21,603 bases of DNA, taken from positions 21,555 to 43,157 of the forward strand of contig CAZOYL010000004.1 in the NCBI GenBank assembly GCA_964584035.1, in the 5' to 3' direction. This document shows positions 1 through 8,597 of this stretch, one piece after another. The DNA comes from an uncultured Gemmatimonadota bacterium (GTDB taxonomy: Bacteria > SM23-81). How positions within the stretch are numbered: the stretch's first letter is position 1; every line of letters begins with the position of its first letter. A program made the position numbers and the translations under genes. Below the pieces are notes generated by a model. That model searched no databases. It was not told where the DNA came from and was given only the letters and a program-made list of their open reading frames with translations.

Positions 1-1868
1 CGCATCCACAGTTCCAGGACCAGCAGGGCCCAGATCCGGTGGGAGTGATTGTCCACCCGGCTGTCGTGCTCCCGTATCATTCGGTCAACCATCTCCCGGC
101 GAATGTAACCCTGAGAGATCAGCACTCCGCCGTAGAGCCGGTCTTCCGTCAACCGTCGAACGGCCTGATCCTGGCGGAGCCAATTCTTGAGCGGCACGCT
201 GTGCCCCAGCTTGGGCCGTCCATAAAGGATCTCATGGGGCACGATGCCCTGCAGGGCCTTTCGGTAAAGATATTTGGTCTCTCCGAAGAAGCGCACCTTC
301 CACCGCGACGGGATCCCTGCGGCATATTCCACCAGCCGATGGTCCAGCAGGGGCAACCGGCTCTCCACCGAGAAGATCCGCAGCAGCTGCAATCTGCGCA
401 GGTAGAAATCCACCAGAGTGCCGTAATCGCTGTACAGGCTCCTGCTGAGAGCATCTCCCCCGCCGTCTCCTTGGCCGTGGGCCAGCATGCCGTCATATCG
501 GGCGGACAGATCGCAGCGCTCCAGGAATTCGCCGGTGCACAGCTGACGCAGCTGTTCTTCGGTATAATAGGTCCGCCAGCGATGGCTGAGCAGATCCCGG
601 GGAAAGGACAGGCTGTAGGCGAAGCGCTTGGCCTTCACCTGCCAGTTCTTTTTCTGGTCGCTGTCGGGCAGTTTCTGGAGAGCTCCCCAAAGGGGGCTCA
701 AAATCCAGCCGGGTATCCAGTCGACCAGGGCAGCCAATTTATCGGCCTGATAGACGGGATGTCCGCCGAAGGCCTCATCCCCACCCTCCCCGCTGAACAC
801 GTACCGTACCCGGCCTTGGGCCGCTCGCCCCAGCAGGTAGCTGCTAATCTCGATGCCGATGTCGCAGAAGGGCTCATCCATGCCCCTGACGATTTCCTCG
901 ATCAGCAGGGCCGACTCGGCCTCAAAAGGCACCAGGGTGTGTTCCGTGCCGAAACGCTGGGCCACAAATTGGGCCCAGTTGGATTCGTCGAAGGACTCGC
1001 CCCGGCAGCGGAAGGAGAATGTTCTCAGCGGCCCGCCGGAGAGCTGCGAGGTGAGGCTGACCAGGGTACTGGAATCAGTTCCCCCGCTGAGAAATATTCC
1101 GGGGTTCTCCTGCGGATCGATGCGCAATCGGACGGCATCTTCGATGAGATCGACGATGTCCCGGATGGCTCGTTTCTGATCGCCGGCCTCGCGCCGGCCG
1201 AAGTGCAGCTGCCAGTATCGGTGCTGTTCCACGCCTGACGGGCCGGCCCGCAGCAGATGTCCTCCGGGAAGCTTGACCACCCCTGATACGATCGTTCGGC
1301 GGTCCGGGTTATAGCAGAACAGCAGGTATTCCAGGACCACCGGGGCATTCAGCCGGCTCTCGGTCCATCCGGAAGCCAGCAGGGCCCGAAGTGAGGTGCT
1401 GAAAAATATCCCGCCGCCGGTGGCTCCATAAAACAGGGGCTCGATCCCCAGGCGGTCGCGGCCCAGGAGCAGTTTCCCGGCATCACGGTCCCAGAGAGCG
1501 AAGGCGAATTTGCCGTTGATCCGGTCCAAAAAACGATCCCCCTCCCGTCCCGATGCCGTCAGGAGGGGATGTTCCCAGGACGTTCCGGATGGCTCTTCTT
1601 CGACCGGCGCAGCCGTATCGAGTTGATCGCGATGATAGATCCTGCCCTCAAAGAAGAGCACGCGCCGGCCGTCCCGGCTGATGAACGGCTGCGGCCCCCG
1701 GTCGAACGTCGGCAGGCCCTCGGGCAGCCAGCAGACGGCCAGGCCATCGTCTGCCCACACTGAGCCGCCCTTAACCTGATCTTCGGGGCATATCCTCCGG
1801 ACCGTCTCCAGCAGCTCCTGGTGAAGCTCCTGCCGGGAACGATCCTTCTTCCACAGGCCCAGGATCAC
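1..1868 (-). CDS. AsnB-like ATP-dependent amide ligase with degenerate glutaminase domain (3' end truncated by window edge)
   Basis: Not in the ORF track because it has no stop in the window. GTG at 1868 follows GGAGG at a 5-nt spacing. My translation gives VILGLWKK...FLDRINGKFAFALWD...LGRDRLGIEPLFY...FLSGGTDSS...FSGEGGDEAFGGH...PLLDHRLVEYA...KLGHSVPLKNWL...NHSHRIWALLVLELWM, colinear with the AsnB at 6655-8550. The frame is the same at both ends. Confidence 0.9.
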   Translation of the reverse strand, partial: MILGLWKKDRSRQELHQELLETVRRICPEDQVKGGSVWADDGLAVCWLPEGLPTFDRGPQPFISRDGRRVLFFEGRIYHRDQLDTAAPVEEEPSGTSWEHPLLTASGREGDRFLDRINGKFAFALWDRDAGKLLLGRDRLGIEPLFYGATGGGIFFSTSLRALLASGWTESRLNAPVVLEYLLFCYNPDRRTIVSGVVKLPGGHLLRAGPSGVEQHRYWQLHFGRREAGDQKRAIRDIVDLIEDAVRLRIDPQENPGIFLSGGTDSSTLVSLTSQLSGGPLRTFSFRCRGESFDESNWAQFVAQRFGTEHTLVPFEAESALLIEEIVRGMDEPFCDIGIEISSYLLGRAAQGRVRYVFSGEGGDEAFGGHPVYQADKLAALVDWIPGWILSPLWGALQKLPDSDQKKNWQVKAKRFAYSLSFPRDLLSHRWRTYYTEEQLRQLCTGEFLERCDLSARYDGMLAHGQGDGGGDALSRSLYSDYGTLVDFYLRRLQLLRIFSVESRLPLLDHRLVEYAAGIPSRWKVRFFGETKYLYRKALQGIVPHEILYGRPKLGHSVPLKNWLRQDQAVRRLTEDRLYGGVLISQGYIRREMVDRMIREHDSRVDNHSHRIWALLVLELWM

Positions 1869-1869
1869 T

Positions 1870-3117
1870 TCAGCCTCCCCCCCGCTGTTGGCGCCTCTCG
1901 GCCGCCAGCTCGAGGTACCAATTCTGCAGGTCAACGACCACGCTGCCCACGCTGTGCCGGCGAGCCGTCTCCCGGGCTTGGCGCCCGAGCCGGCGGCGCT
2001 CTTCCGGATGGCTCAGGCAGTGGAGGATCCGCTCGGCCAGCCGATCGACGTCTCCCGGGGGAACCAGATACCCCTCCCGGCCGTTGCGGATGATCTCCCG
2101 CTGTTCTCCCAGCTCGGTGGCTACGACCGGCCTTCCCTGAGCCATGGCCTCTAAAAGCTTCACCGAGGAGAAGCGCCGGCTGCGGAAGGGAGCCACCACC
2201 AGATCCATGACGGCAACCAGCTCATCCGATCGGTCCAGGCCGTCAACCAGGCGGACCCTTTCGGCGATGCCCAGCCGGCGGGCCAGATCCTGCAGTGCCC
2301 GGTGGCTCTCCTCGCTGCCGGCCGCGTCCGGGGTGGACACATATTTCTTCTGAGGATCCCGATGATAGATGGTCTCCTTGTAGACCACCAGAAAAATCGT
2401 CTCCGGAAAATGCTTCAGGACCTGCCGGGCGGCCCGGATGAAGTCGGCGTTGCCCCGCTGAGGGCCCATCTTGGTGATCACGCCGACGATATTGGTCTCC
2501 GGGCCCGCCCCCAGCTCTTTTCTGACGTCGGCGATCCGATCCTCGGGCAGGGGCTTGAATCTCTCCTCGGGCACGGCGTGAAGCATCAGCCGGATTTTCT
2601 CCGGCGCGATCTTTCGGGATCTGATGGCGAACTCACGGACCATCGGCGAGGCCGCCAGAGCTCCCCGGGTCATTCCGGACAGCACCCGGTCGAAAAACCA
2701 CAGATACCAGGGATAGGGAAAGTAGACCTCGGTATCGTAATCGTGAACGATGGTCGGAACGCCGGCGATCCAGGCGGCGATGCGGCCGAAGGAAGAGGCT
2801 CCATAGCAGTGCAGGTGCATGACATCGATGCGCTCGGCCCGCAACAGGCGCAACAGGGTCCACACCGTGGTGATATCGAACTTGCCCTTGTCCAGGATTC
2901 TCACCGGGGCCGGCGCATCCGCGAAGACCTTACGGAGCAGGTCGCTGGACCTGAGAAAACACGGTACGATGTGAACCCGCCGGGGATCGAACCTGGGAAC
3001 CACATTCCAGTATAACCGGCCGCCGCCATGCAGACTGCCGTCATAACAGACGTGATCGATCAGCCAGAGCACGTTGACCGGCGCCGGCCGCTGTTCTCCG
3101 AGTTCTGCCGAGTTCAC
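1870..3117 (-). CDS. Glycosyltransferase family 4 (GT-B)
   Basis: LLEAMAQGRPVVAT...EIIRNGREGYLVPPGD GT4 signature; IDVMHLH; GTG start overlaps the upstream TGA (GTGA). Confidence 0.9.
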   Translation of the reverse strand: MNSAELGEQRPAPVNVLWLIDHVCYDGSLHGGGRLYWNVVPRFDPRRVHIVPCFLRSSDLLRKVFADAPAPVRILDKGKFDITTVWTLLRLLRAERIDVMHLHCYGASSFGRIAAWIAGVPTIVHDYDTEVYFPYPWYLWFFDRVLSGMTRGALAASPMVREFAIRSRKIAPEKIRLMLHAVPEERFKPLPEDRIADVRKELGAGPETNIVGVITKMGPQRGNADFIRAARQVLKHFPETIFLVVYKETIYHRDPQKKYVSTPDAAGSEESHRALQDLARRLGIAERVRLVDGLDRSDELVAVMDLVVAPFRSRRFSSVKLLEAMAQGRPVVATELGEQREIIRNGREGYLVPPGDVDRLAERILHCLSHPEERRRLGRQARETARRHSVGSVVVDLQNWYLELAAERRQQRGGG

Positions 3118-4097
3118 AGATATCCTTCTTTCCGGTACCAGGCCGCCGTCCGTCGAAAGCCCTCTTTCAGGTCGATTCGCGGCCGAAATCCCAATTCCTC
3201 CCTGGCTCTGGTGATATCGAAAGATCTGGATTTTCGGAAAAAATCGACTCGCCGGCGATGCAGCGGCGGATCGACGCCCAGCGGCCGGCAGATCAGCTCA
3301 CACAGCAGGCCGGCCAGGTAAACGGGCGCCACCGGCCAGTGTCTGCCGGACACGGAAACATCCAAAACCTCGGCCGCCAGGGCCACCAAACGCTCGAGAG
3401 TCACCGGACGCTCGCCGGTGAGGATATAGGTCCGCCCCAGGGCCTGATCCTTCGTCCCGCACAGCAGAATGCCATCGACCAGATCGTCGATGTAGATCAT
3501 CTGATAGAGCACCTTTCCCGATCCCAGCATGGCAAAGCGGCCGTTTTGAATGGACCGGAACAGTTTTAAAAATCTCATATCCCGCGGCCCGTAGATGCCT
3601 CCCGGCCGAAAGATGACCACCGGCAGGCGGCCATCCTGGTGATAGGCCCGGGCCGCCAGCTCCCCCTCCAGCTTGGACCTCTGATAGGCATCCCCGGGAC
3701 GCAGGGGAGCATTCTCGTCGGCCGGACGGTCTCCGGTGTCACCATGCACCCCCACGGTGCTGCAGTGGACGAATCGCTGAACACTCCCCGCTTGATGGGC
3801 CATACGGAGCAAATTCCGGGTTCCCTGCGCGTTGACGGCCTGCAACTGTTTGGCCGACAGATCGCCCCGGCGGAACACGGCGGCCAGGTGATAGACCGCT
3901 TCCACGCCGGACAGGGCTCTGCGGAGCGCCTCGGGATCGCCCAGATGTCCCTCCGCGAGCTCCACACCGTCCCTGGTAAGATCTTCAGCTCTGGACGGTT
4001 CCCTGACCAAAGCGGTGACCCGATGGCCGTTCTCGACCAGCCGCCGGCAAAGATGATAACCAGCAAATCCTGTGCCACCGGTCACCAGTACCCTCAT
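3114..4097 (-). CDS. NAD-dependent epimerase/dehydratase (extended SDR)
   Basis: VTGGTGFAG Rossmann motif, HLAA, YQRSK catalytic YxxxK, RPGGIYGP; ATGA overlap with the upstream gene. Confidence 0.92.
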   Translation of the reverse strand: MRVLVTGGTGFAGYHLCRRLVENGHRVTALVREPSRAEDLTRDGVELAEGHLGDPEALRRALSGVEAVYHLAAVFRRGDLSAKQLQAVNAQGTRNLLRMAHQAGSVQRFVHCSTVGVHGDTGDRPADENAPLRPGDAYQRSKLEGELAARAYHQDGRLPVVIFRPGGIYGPRDMRFLKLFRSIQNGRFAMLGSGKVLYQMIYIDDLVDGILLCGTKDQALGRTYILTGERPVTLERLVALAAEVLDVSVSGRHWPVAPVYLAGLLCELICRPLGVDPPLHRRRVDFFRKSRSFDITRAREELGFRPRIDLKEGFRRTAAWYRKEGYL

Positions 4098-5641
4098 GGG
4101 CGATCATTCCCTTCCCCGCCAGGGGTGCCCCGGCGGAACCGCTTCAAAAGACGATTCGCTCGTAAGCCTAAAAAAACGGCCAACATGACCAGGTACCGCC
4201 ATACATCCGCGGCCGAGTAGATGCTCCTCAGCACCTGAGGAACCTTCCGCCACAGGGAGACCCGCCCGGTGGACAGGGAAAAGCGGAACAGCAGCTGACA
4301 GATCTGAGCCCAGGACAACCGATCCACATAGAGCGGCACGTGGCCCTGAGCGGCCGGGAGAACCACGACCTTGCGAAAATCGGCCGCCGACCAGGAGAAA
4401 TCCGGGGGCAGCTGACCCTCCCGGCGGGCTCTTTGTTCCAGGGGTGTGCCGGGGTAGATGTGCAGGATGGCGGCGCTGACCTGGCAGCGATCCCGGATGC
4501 GCTCGATCACCTCGATCGTCTGGCGGGCCTCGGCCCAGGTCTCGGTGGGATGGCTGAAGATAAAGAACGGGTTGGCCGTGATGCCGAACTCCCGGCACCA
4601 TTCGACGACCTGCAGCGCCTTGGGAAGATCGACCTTCTTCCCGATGATATCCCGGCTGATCCTCTGTGAGGCGGTCTCTACGCCGAATCCCAGATAGTAA
4701 CAGCCGGAGCGGACCATTCGTTCCAGATCGGCCTTTGACAGCAGATCGACGCGGACCTCACAATACCAGCGGATGTTCAGCTCCCGCTCCCGGATCAGAT
4801 CACAGATCCGGCCCAGCCGCCGGGCATCGTAATTGAACGTATCATCGTAAAACCAGATCACCCGGGCTTTGTACCGCTCGATGAGGTGTTCCAGTTCCAG
4901 GAGAACGCGCTGCGGAGACAGTCCCCGCACCCGCCGTCCCCAATTGATCGGCGTGGCGCAAAAATTACAATCGAACGGACACCCCCGGCTGGTCATCATG
5001 TTGGCGGCCGGAAGCAATCCCTCTCCGGGGACTTCCATGCGGCAGTCGTAGCGATCCCAGGGCTCCAGATGCCTGGCCGGCAACGGCAGAGCATCCAGGT
5101 CCGGTATCAGCGGGCGCCGGGAATTCTCGATGATCCTGCCGTTCTGACGAAAGGCCAGCCCCCGGACTTTCTCCAGCGAGCCGCCCGAGCGGAGAGCCTC
5201 GGTGAGCTCGACTACCGTCTGCTCACCCTCGCCCATGACCACTCCATCGACCGATTCGATGTGGGTCAGGGTGTCCCCGGCCGTGGCGTTCAGGTGCGGT
5301 CCCCCCAGGGCCACCCAGGCCTTCGGATAGGCCCTTTTGGCCAGAGCGGCCAGGCGGAAACTGTGGAAACGGTTCTCGGTGGTGGTGGTCACGCCCACCA
5401 GATCCGGCCGGAAATCGGCGATCCGCCCGGCGATCTGTTCCTCGGAGAGGCCCAGCACCTGGCAGGGCAGCAGCTGCACCTCGACGCCTCGATCCTCGAG
5501 CACAGCCGCCAGGCAGGACAGCCCCAGAGCCGGCATCATCTGACCCCGGCTCCATCGTTCGGCCAGGTACCCGCCGGGGGGAACGGCCAGCAGCACTCGA
5601 AAGGGTCGGTGGTTCTGATTCATGGTTGCCTTCCGGTTCAT
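4094..5641 (-). CDS. Cobalamin (B12)-binding radical SAM protein (class B methyltransferase-like)
   Basis: N-terminal B12-binding-type domain (PALGLSCLAAVL, PDLVGVT, LGGPH, VMGEGE); TSRGCPFDCNFC; FYDDTF; FGVET. Alternative in-frame ATG at 5623. Confidence 0.92.
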   Translation of the reverse strand: MNRKATMNQNHRPFRVLLAVPPGGYLAERWSRGQMMPALGLSCLAAVLEDRGVEVQLLPCQVLGLSEEQIAGRIADFRPDLVGVTTTTENRFHSFRLAALAKRAYPKAWVALGGPHLNATAGDTLTHIESVDGVVMGEGEQTVVELTEALRSGGSLEKVRGLAFRQNGRIIENSRRPLIPDLDALPLPARHLEPWDRYDCRMEVPGEGLLPAANMMTSRGCPFDCNFCATPINWGRRVRGLSPQRVLLELEHLIERYKARVIWFYDDTFNYDARRLGRICDLIRERELNIRWYCEVRVDLLSKADLERMVRSGCYYLGFGVETASQRISRDIIGKKVDLPKALQVVEWCREFGITANPFFIFSHPTETWAEARQTIEVIERIRDRCQVSAAILHIYPGTPLEQRARREGQLPPDFSWSAADFRKVVVLPAAQGHVPLYVDRLSWAQICQLLFRFSLSTGRVSLWRKVPQVLRSIYSAADVWRYLVMLAVFLGLRANRLLKRFRRGTPGGEGNDRP

Positions 5642-5654
5642 GGTCGCCTTCCGG
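5619..5654. repeat. 18-bp tandem duplication containing RBS plus start codon
   Basis: TTCATGGTTGCCTTCCGG (5619-5636) and TTCATGGTCGCCTTCCGG (5637-5654), 17/18 identical. Confidence 0.9.
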
Positions 5655-5666
5655 GAAACGATCGGG

Positions 5667-6647
5667 TTAACGGCGCAGATATTTCAAGCTTTGCATGGGA
5701 ATGCCCAGGACGGCCGGGCGGCGGATGAGATCACACCGGGCGCAGGGATCCTCCTCCGACACCTCACGCCGCAGCATACTCCGCCGCAGCGACACCATTC
5801 GAGGGGCATTAAACAGGCCCACCAGCGGAATCCGGCGGGCACTGCCGACCACCAGCTGACCGAAGAAATCCTGCGGGCAGGGAGCCACGTCCCCATTCCA
5901 GAAAATCACCAGGGAGTGCCAGGGAAAGGTGCACGGCGTCAAGGGCCGCAGAGAGGGGTCACCTCCGGGCGACAGCCGCACGCTGCCGCCGAAATTGTGC
6001 GGCTTCTTGATGACGAAGCGATCCAGGGGCAGATCTTCGAACTGCCGCCGGAAGGCCTCCAGGCCGTCCAGACGATATCGCCGGTCCACCTCGGTGAGAT
6101 CCATCATCTCCAGGATGGTCAGGGGTTTGGCGGAATTCAGCTCCTTTTTCGTCCTCAGAAAACCGAGGATATTCTCAACCGTCTTCTGGAAACTGGCCCC
6201 CTTGCGGTACCGCTCATAGGTCCGGGCATCCAAGCCGTCGAAGGAAAAAGAGATCAGGCCGAGACCCGACTCGATCAATTGACGGCTTTTGGCCTCGTCC
6301 AGCAGAGTGGCGTTGGTGTGCAGTTTGACCTGGACGCCGCGACCCGCGGCGTAAGCGATCATCTCCGCCAGCCGGGGATGGAGCAGCGACTCGCCCCGGT
6401 GATGGATATTGATATCGTGCACGAACCCGGCCGCCTGATCGATGATGTCGACAAACAGGTCCATCTCCATCATTCCCCGCTGGCTCTCGGGCAATGACTT
6501 ATTGGGGCACATCGGACAGCGCAGATTGCACAGGCTGGTCGGCTCCACCCACAGCCGGTAAGGCGGATAAGGGCAGCGATCGCGGCGGGCCAGGGCATAA
6601 TGCCAGGCGATATTGGCCAGACGCCATACATCCTTCGCTCGGCTCAT
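5667..6647 (-). CDS. Radical SAM protein with SPASM/twitch auxiliary Fe-S domain
   Basis: EPTSLCNLRCPMC (CX3CX2C), GESLLHP, TNATLL, SFDG; C-terminal CTFPW...NGDVAPCPQD...CARC. Confidence 0.92.
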   Translation of the reverse strand: MSRAKDVWRLANIAWHYALARRDRCPYPPYRLWVEPTSLCNLRCPMCPNKSLPESQRGMMEMDLFVDIIDQAAGFVHDINIHHRGESLLHPRLAEMIAYAAGRGVQVKLHTNATLLDEAKSRQLIESGLGLISFSFDGLDARTYERYRKGASFQKTVENILGFLRTKKELNSAKPLTILEMMDLTEVDRRYRLDGLEAFRRQFEDLPLDRFVIKKPHNFGGSVRLSPGGDPSLRPLTPCTFPWHSLVIFWNGDVAPCPQDFFGQLVVGSARRIPLVGLFNAPRMVSLRRSMLRREVSEEDPCARCDLIRRPAVLGIPMQSLKYLRR

Positions 6648-6654
6648 GACATCT

Positions 6655-8550
6655 CTACCTCTCGGATCGAACCGGATCCATGTAAGTGTCGTACCAGCTT
6701 TCGAAGACCATCAGGGCCCAGAGCTGATGGCTGTAGTTCTCCACTCCCCGGAGATGCCGGTCCATCAGATCGGCGACCCGGGCAGCGTCAAAGAATCCCC
6801 TTCGCCGCAGCCGATCGGCGGCCAGCAGATCGGTCATCATGGGCCGCAGGGGACCCCGGATCCAGTTCTTGATAGGAATGCTGAATCCCTGTTTGGACCG
6901 TCCCCGGACGGCCTCGGGCAGCAGATCGGCCATACTTTTCTTGAGCAGATGCTTGGTGCCGAACCCCCGGATCTTGTCCTCGGGGGGCAGGGAGAAGGCA
7001 AACTCCACCAGGCGGTGGTCCAGAAAGGGGACCCGCGCCTCCAGCGAGACGGCCATGCTCATGCGGTCCACCTTGACCAGGATGTCGTCGGTCAAGTAGC
7101 TCTTGACATCCACATAGCCGGAGCGGTTCACGGCGTCGGCCCGGGGCACGGCGCGGGCGTGCCGGCGAATAAAATCGTAGGGGTCCTGCCGGCCCAGCTG
7201 CGATCTCACCTCCGGAGACAGCAGCTGACGCCGATCCGCTTCCGTCAGAAAGATCATCCAGCGAACATGCGCCAGGTCGGGCGGCAGCTGCGTTCCCTGG
7301 ATGAAGCGCTTGAAGACGTTGACCAGTCCTTTTTTCTCCTCCCGGGGGGTCAGCCGGGCGGCCAGGGGTGCGATGATATTATCCTTGATGCATCTCGGCC
7401 ACCAGTGATAGAACCGGCGGTCAAACCGATGGGCCAGGTAGGTGTCGTATCCCCCGAACAGCTCATCACCGCCGTCTCCGGTCAGGGCCACGGTCACGTG
7501 CTGGCGGGCCATCCGGGAAACCAGAAAGGTCGGGAAGATGGAGAAATCTCCGAAGGGCTCATCGAACTGAGCGACCAGCTGCTCGGTCAACCCCAGAACG
7601 TCCGGCTCGATGATCTCTTCACGATGATCGGTGGCGTAACGCTGAGCCACGGCTCGAGCATAGTTCAATTCGTTATATGAGGATTCTCTGAACCCGATGG
7701 AAAAGGTCTTGACCGGCTCATCGATCAGTTGAGCCATTTGGGCCACCACGATGGTCGAATCGATCCCACCGCTGAGAAAGGCGCCCAGGGGAACATCCGA
7801 GATCAGGCGCAGCCGGACGGCGTTCCTGATCAGCTCGCGAAGCTCCTCGCCGGCCTCGGTCCGGCGCCGGGGGCGCACCGAGAGCTGCCAATAGGGACGC
7901 ACCACCGGCTCGCCCCCCTCCCAGACCAGGTAATGGCCCGGCTCAAGCTTGCGGACCTTCTGAAAGATGGAACGAGGGCTGGGAATGTACTCGAAGGTCA
8001 GGAAATTGTTCAGAGCCGCCAGATCGATGGACCGGTCCACCTGCGGAGCCCGAAGAATGGCCTTCAGCTCGGAGCCGAAGACCAGCTGCCGGCCGTCAAA
8101 GTAATAATAGAGCGGCTTGATGCCCAGCCGGTCACGGGCCAGCAGAAGCCGGCCCCGGGCCTGGTCCCAGACGGCCAGGCCGAACATGCCGTTGAGGCGG
8201 TCCAGGAACCGGCAGTCATATTCCTCATAGGCGTGAACGATCGTCTCGGTGTCGCTGCGGGTTCGGAAGGCATGGCCCCGGTCGGTCAATTCCTCTCTCA
8301 AAGAGGCGAAATTATAGATCTCCCCGTTGAAGACCGTCCAGATGGTCTCATCCTCGTTGGCCATGGGCTGATGACCGGTCTCCAGGTCGATCACCTGGAG
8401 ACGCCGGCTGCCGATCCCGACATGCCCCTGGACGAAGAAACCTTCATCGTCGGGCCCGCGGTGGGCGATGCTCCGGCACATCCTGGCGATATGCTCCGGA
8501 GCGACCTGACGATGCCGATCCGTGTAAACCTGGCCGCAAATTCCGCACAT
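6655..8550 (-). CDS. asnB: Asparagine synthase (glutamine-hydrolysing) family amidotransferase
   Basis: True start is the ATG at 8550, giving MCGICG with the Ntn nucleophile Cys. Also HRGPD, FNGEIYN, RDRLGIKPLYY, LSGGIDS, TGDGGDELFGGY and EARVPFLD. Confidence 0.95.
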   Translation of the reverse strand: MCGICGQVYTDRHRQVAPEHIARMCRSIAHRGPDDEGFFVQGHVGIGSRRLQVIDLETGHQPMANEDETIWTVFNGEIYNFASLREELTDRGHAFRTRSDTETIVHAYEEYDCRFLDRLNGMFGLAVWDQARGRLLLARDRLGIKPLYYYFDGRQLVFGSELKAILRAPQVDRSIDLAALNNFLTFEYIPSPRSIFQKVRKLEPGHYLVWEGGEPVVRPYWQLSVRPRRRTEAGEELRELIRNAVRLRLISDVPLGAFLSGGIDSTIVVAQMAQLIDEPVKTFSIGFRESSYNELNYARAVAQRYATDHREEIIEPDVLGLTEQLVAQFDEPFGDFSIFPTFLVSRMARQHVTVALTGDGGDELFGGYDTYLAHRFDRRFYHWWPRCIKDNIIAPLAARLTPREEKKGLVNVFKRFIQGTQLPPDLAHVRWMIFLTEADRRQLLSPEVRSQLGRQDPYDFIRRHARAVPRADAVNRSGYVDVKSYLTDDILVKVDRMSMAVSLEARVPFLDHRLVEFAFSLPPEDKIRGFGTKHLLKKSMADLLPEAVRGRSKQGFSIPIKNWIRGPLRPMMTDLLAADRLRRRGFFDAARVADLMDRHLRGVENYSHQLWALMVFESWYDTYMDPVRSER

Positions 8551-8597
8551 GACGATCCCGCCGATCTCGAAGGTCAAGCGGCCGCCGGGAAGGCCTA

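Noticed and set aside
1869..1934. In-frame upstream extension of the AsnB-like gene containing TTG-ACC-TGC-AGA-ATT-GGT (LTCRIG) as a possible catalytic Cys start
   Set aside because: The Cys would not be residue 2, the extension overlaps the GT4 gene, the other glutaminase motifs are also lost, and a good SD precedes the GTG at 1868
1..6647. Lasso peptide or RiPP cluster (Cys-less AsnB plus radical SAM/SPASM)
   Set aside because: No precursor peptide, PqqD/RRE or B2 protease is seen; the context is entirely glycan biosynthesis
8551..8577. ORF-track N-terminal extension MTFEIGGIV of asnB
   Set aside because: Ntn amidotransferases need Cys at position 2, so the start is the ATG at 8550
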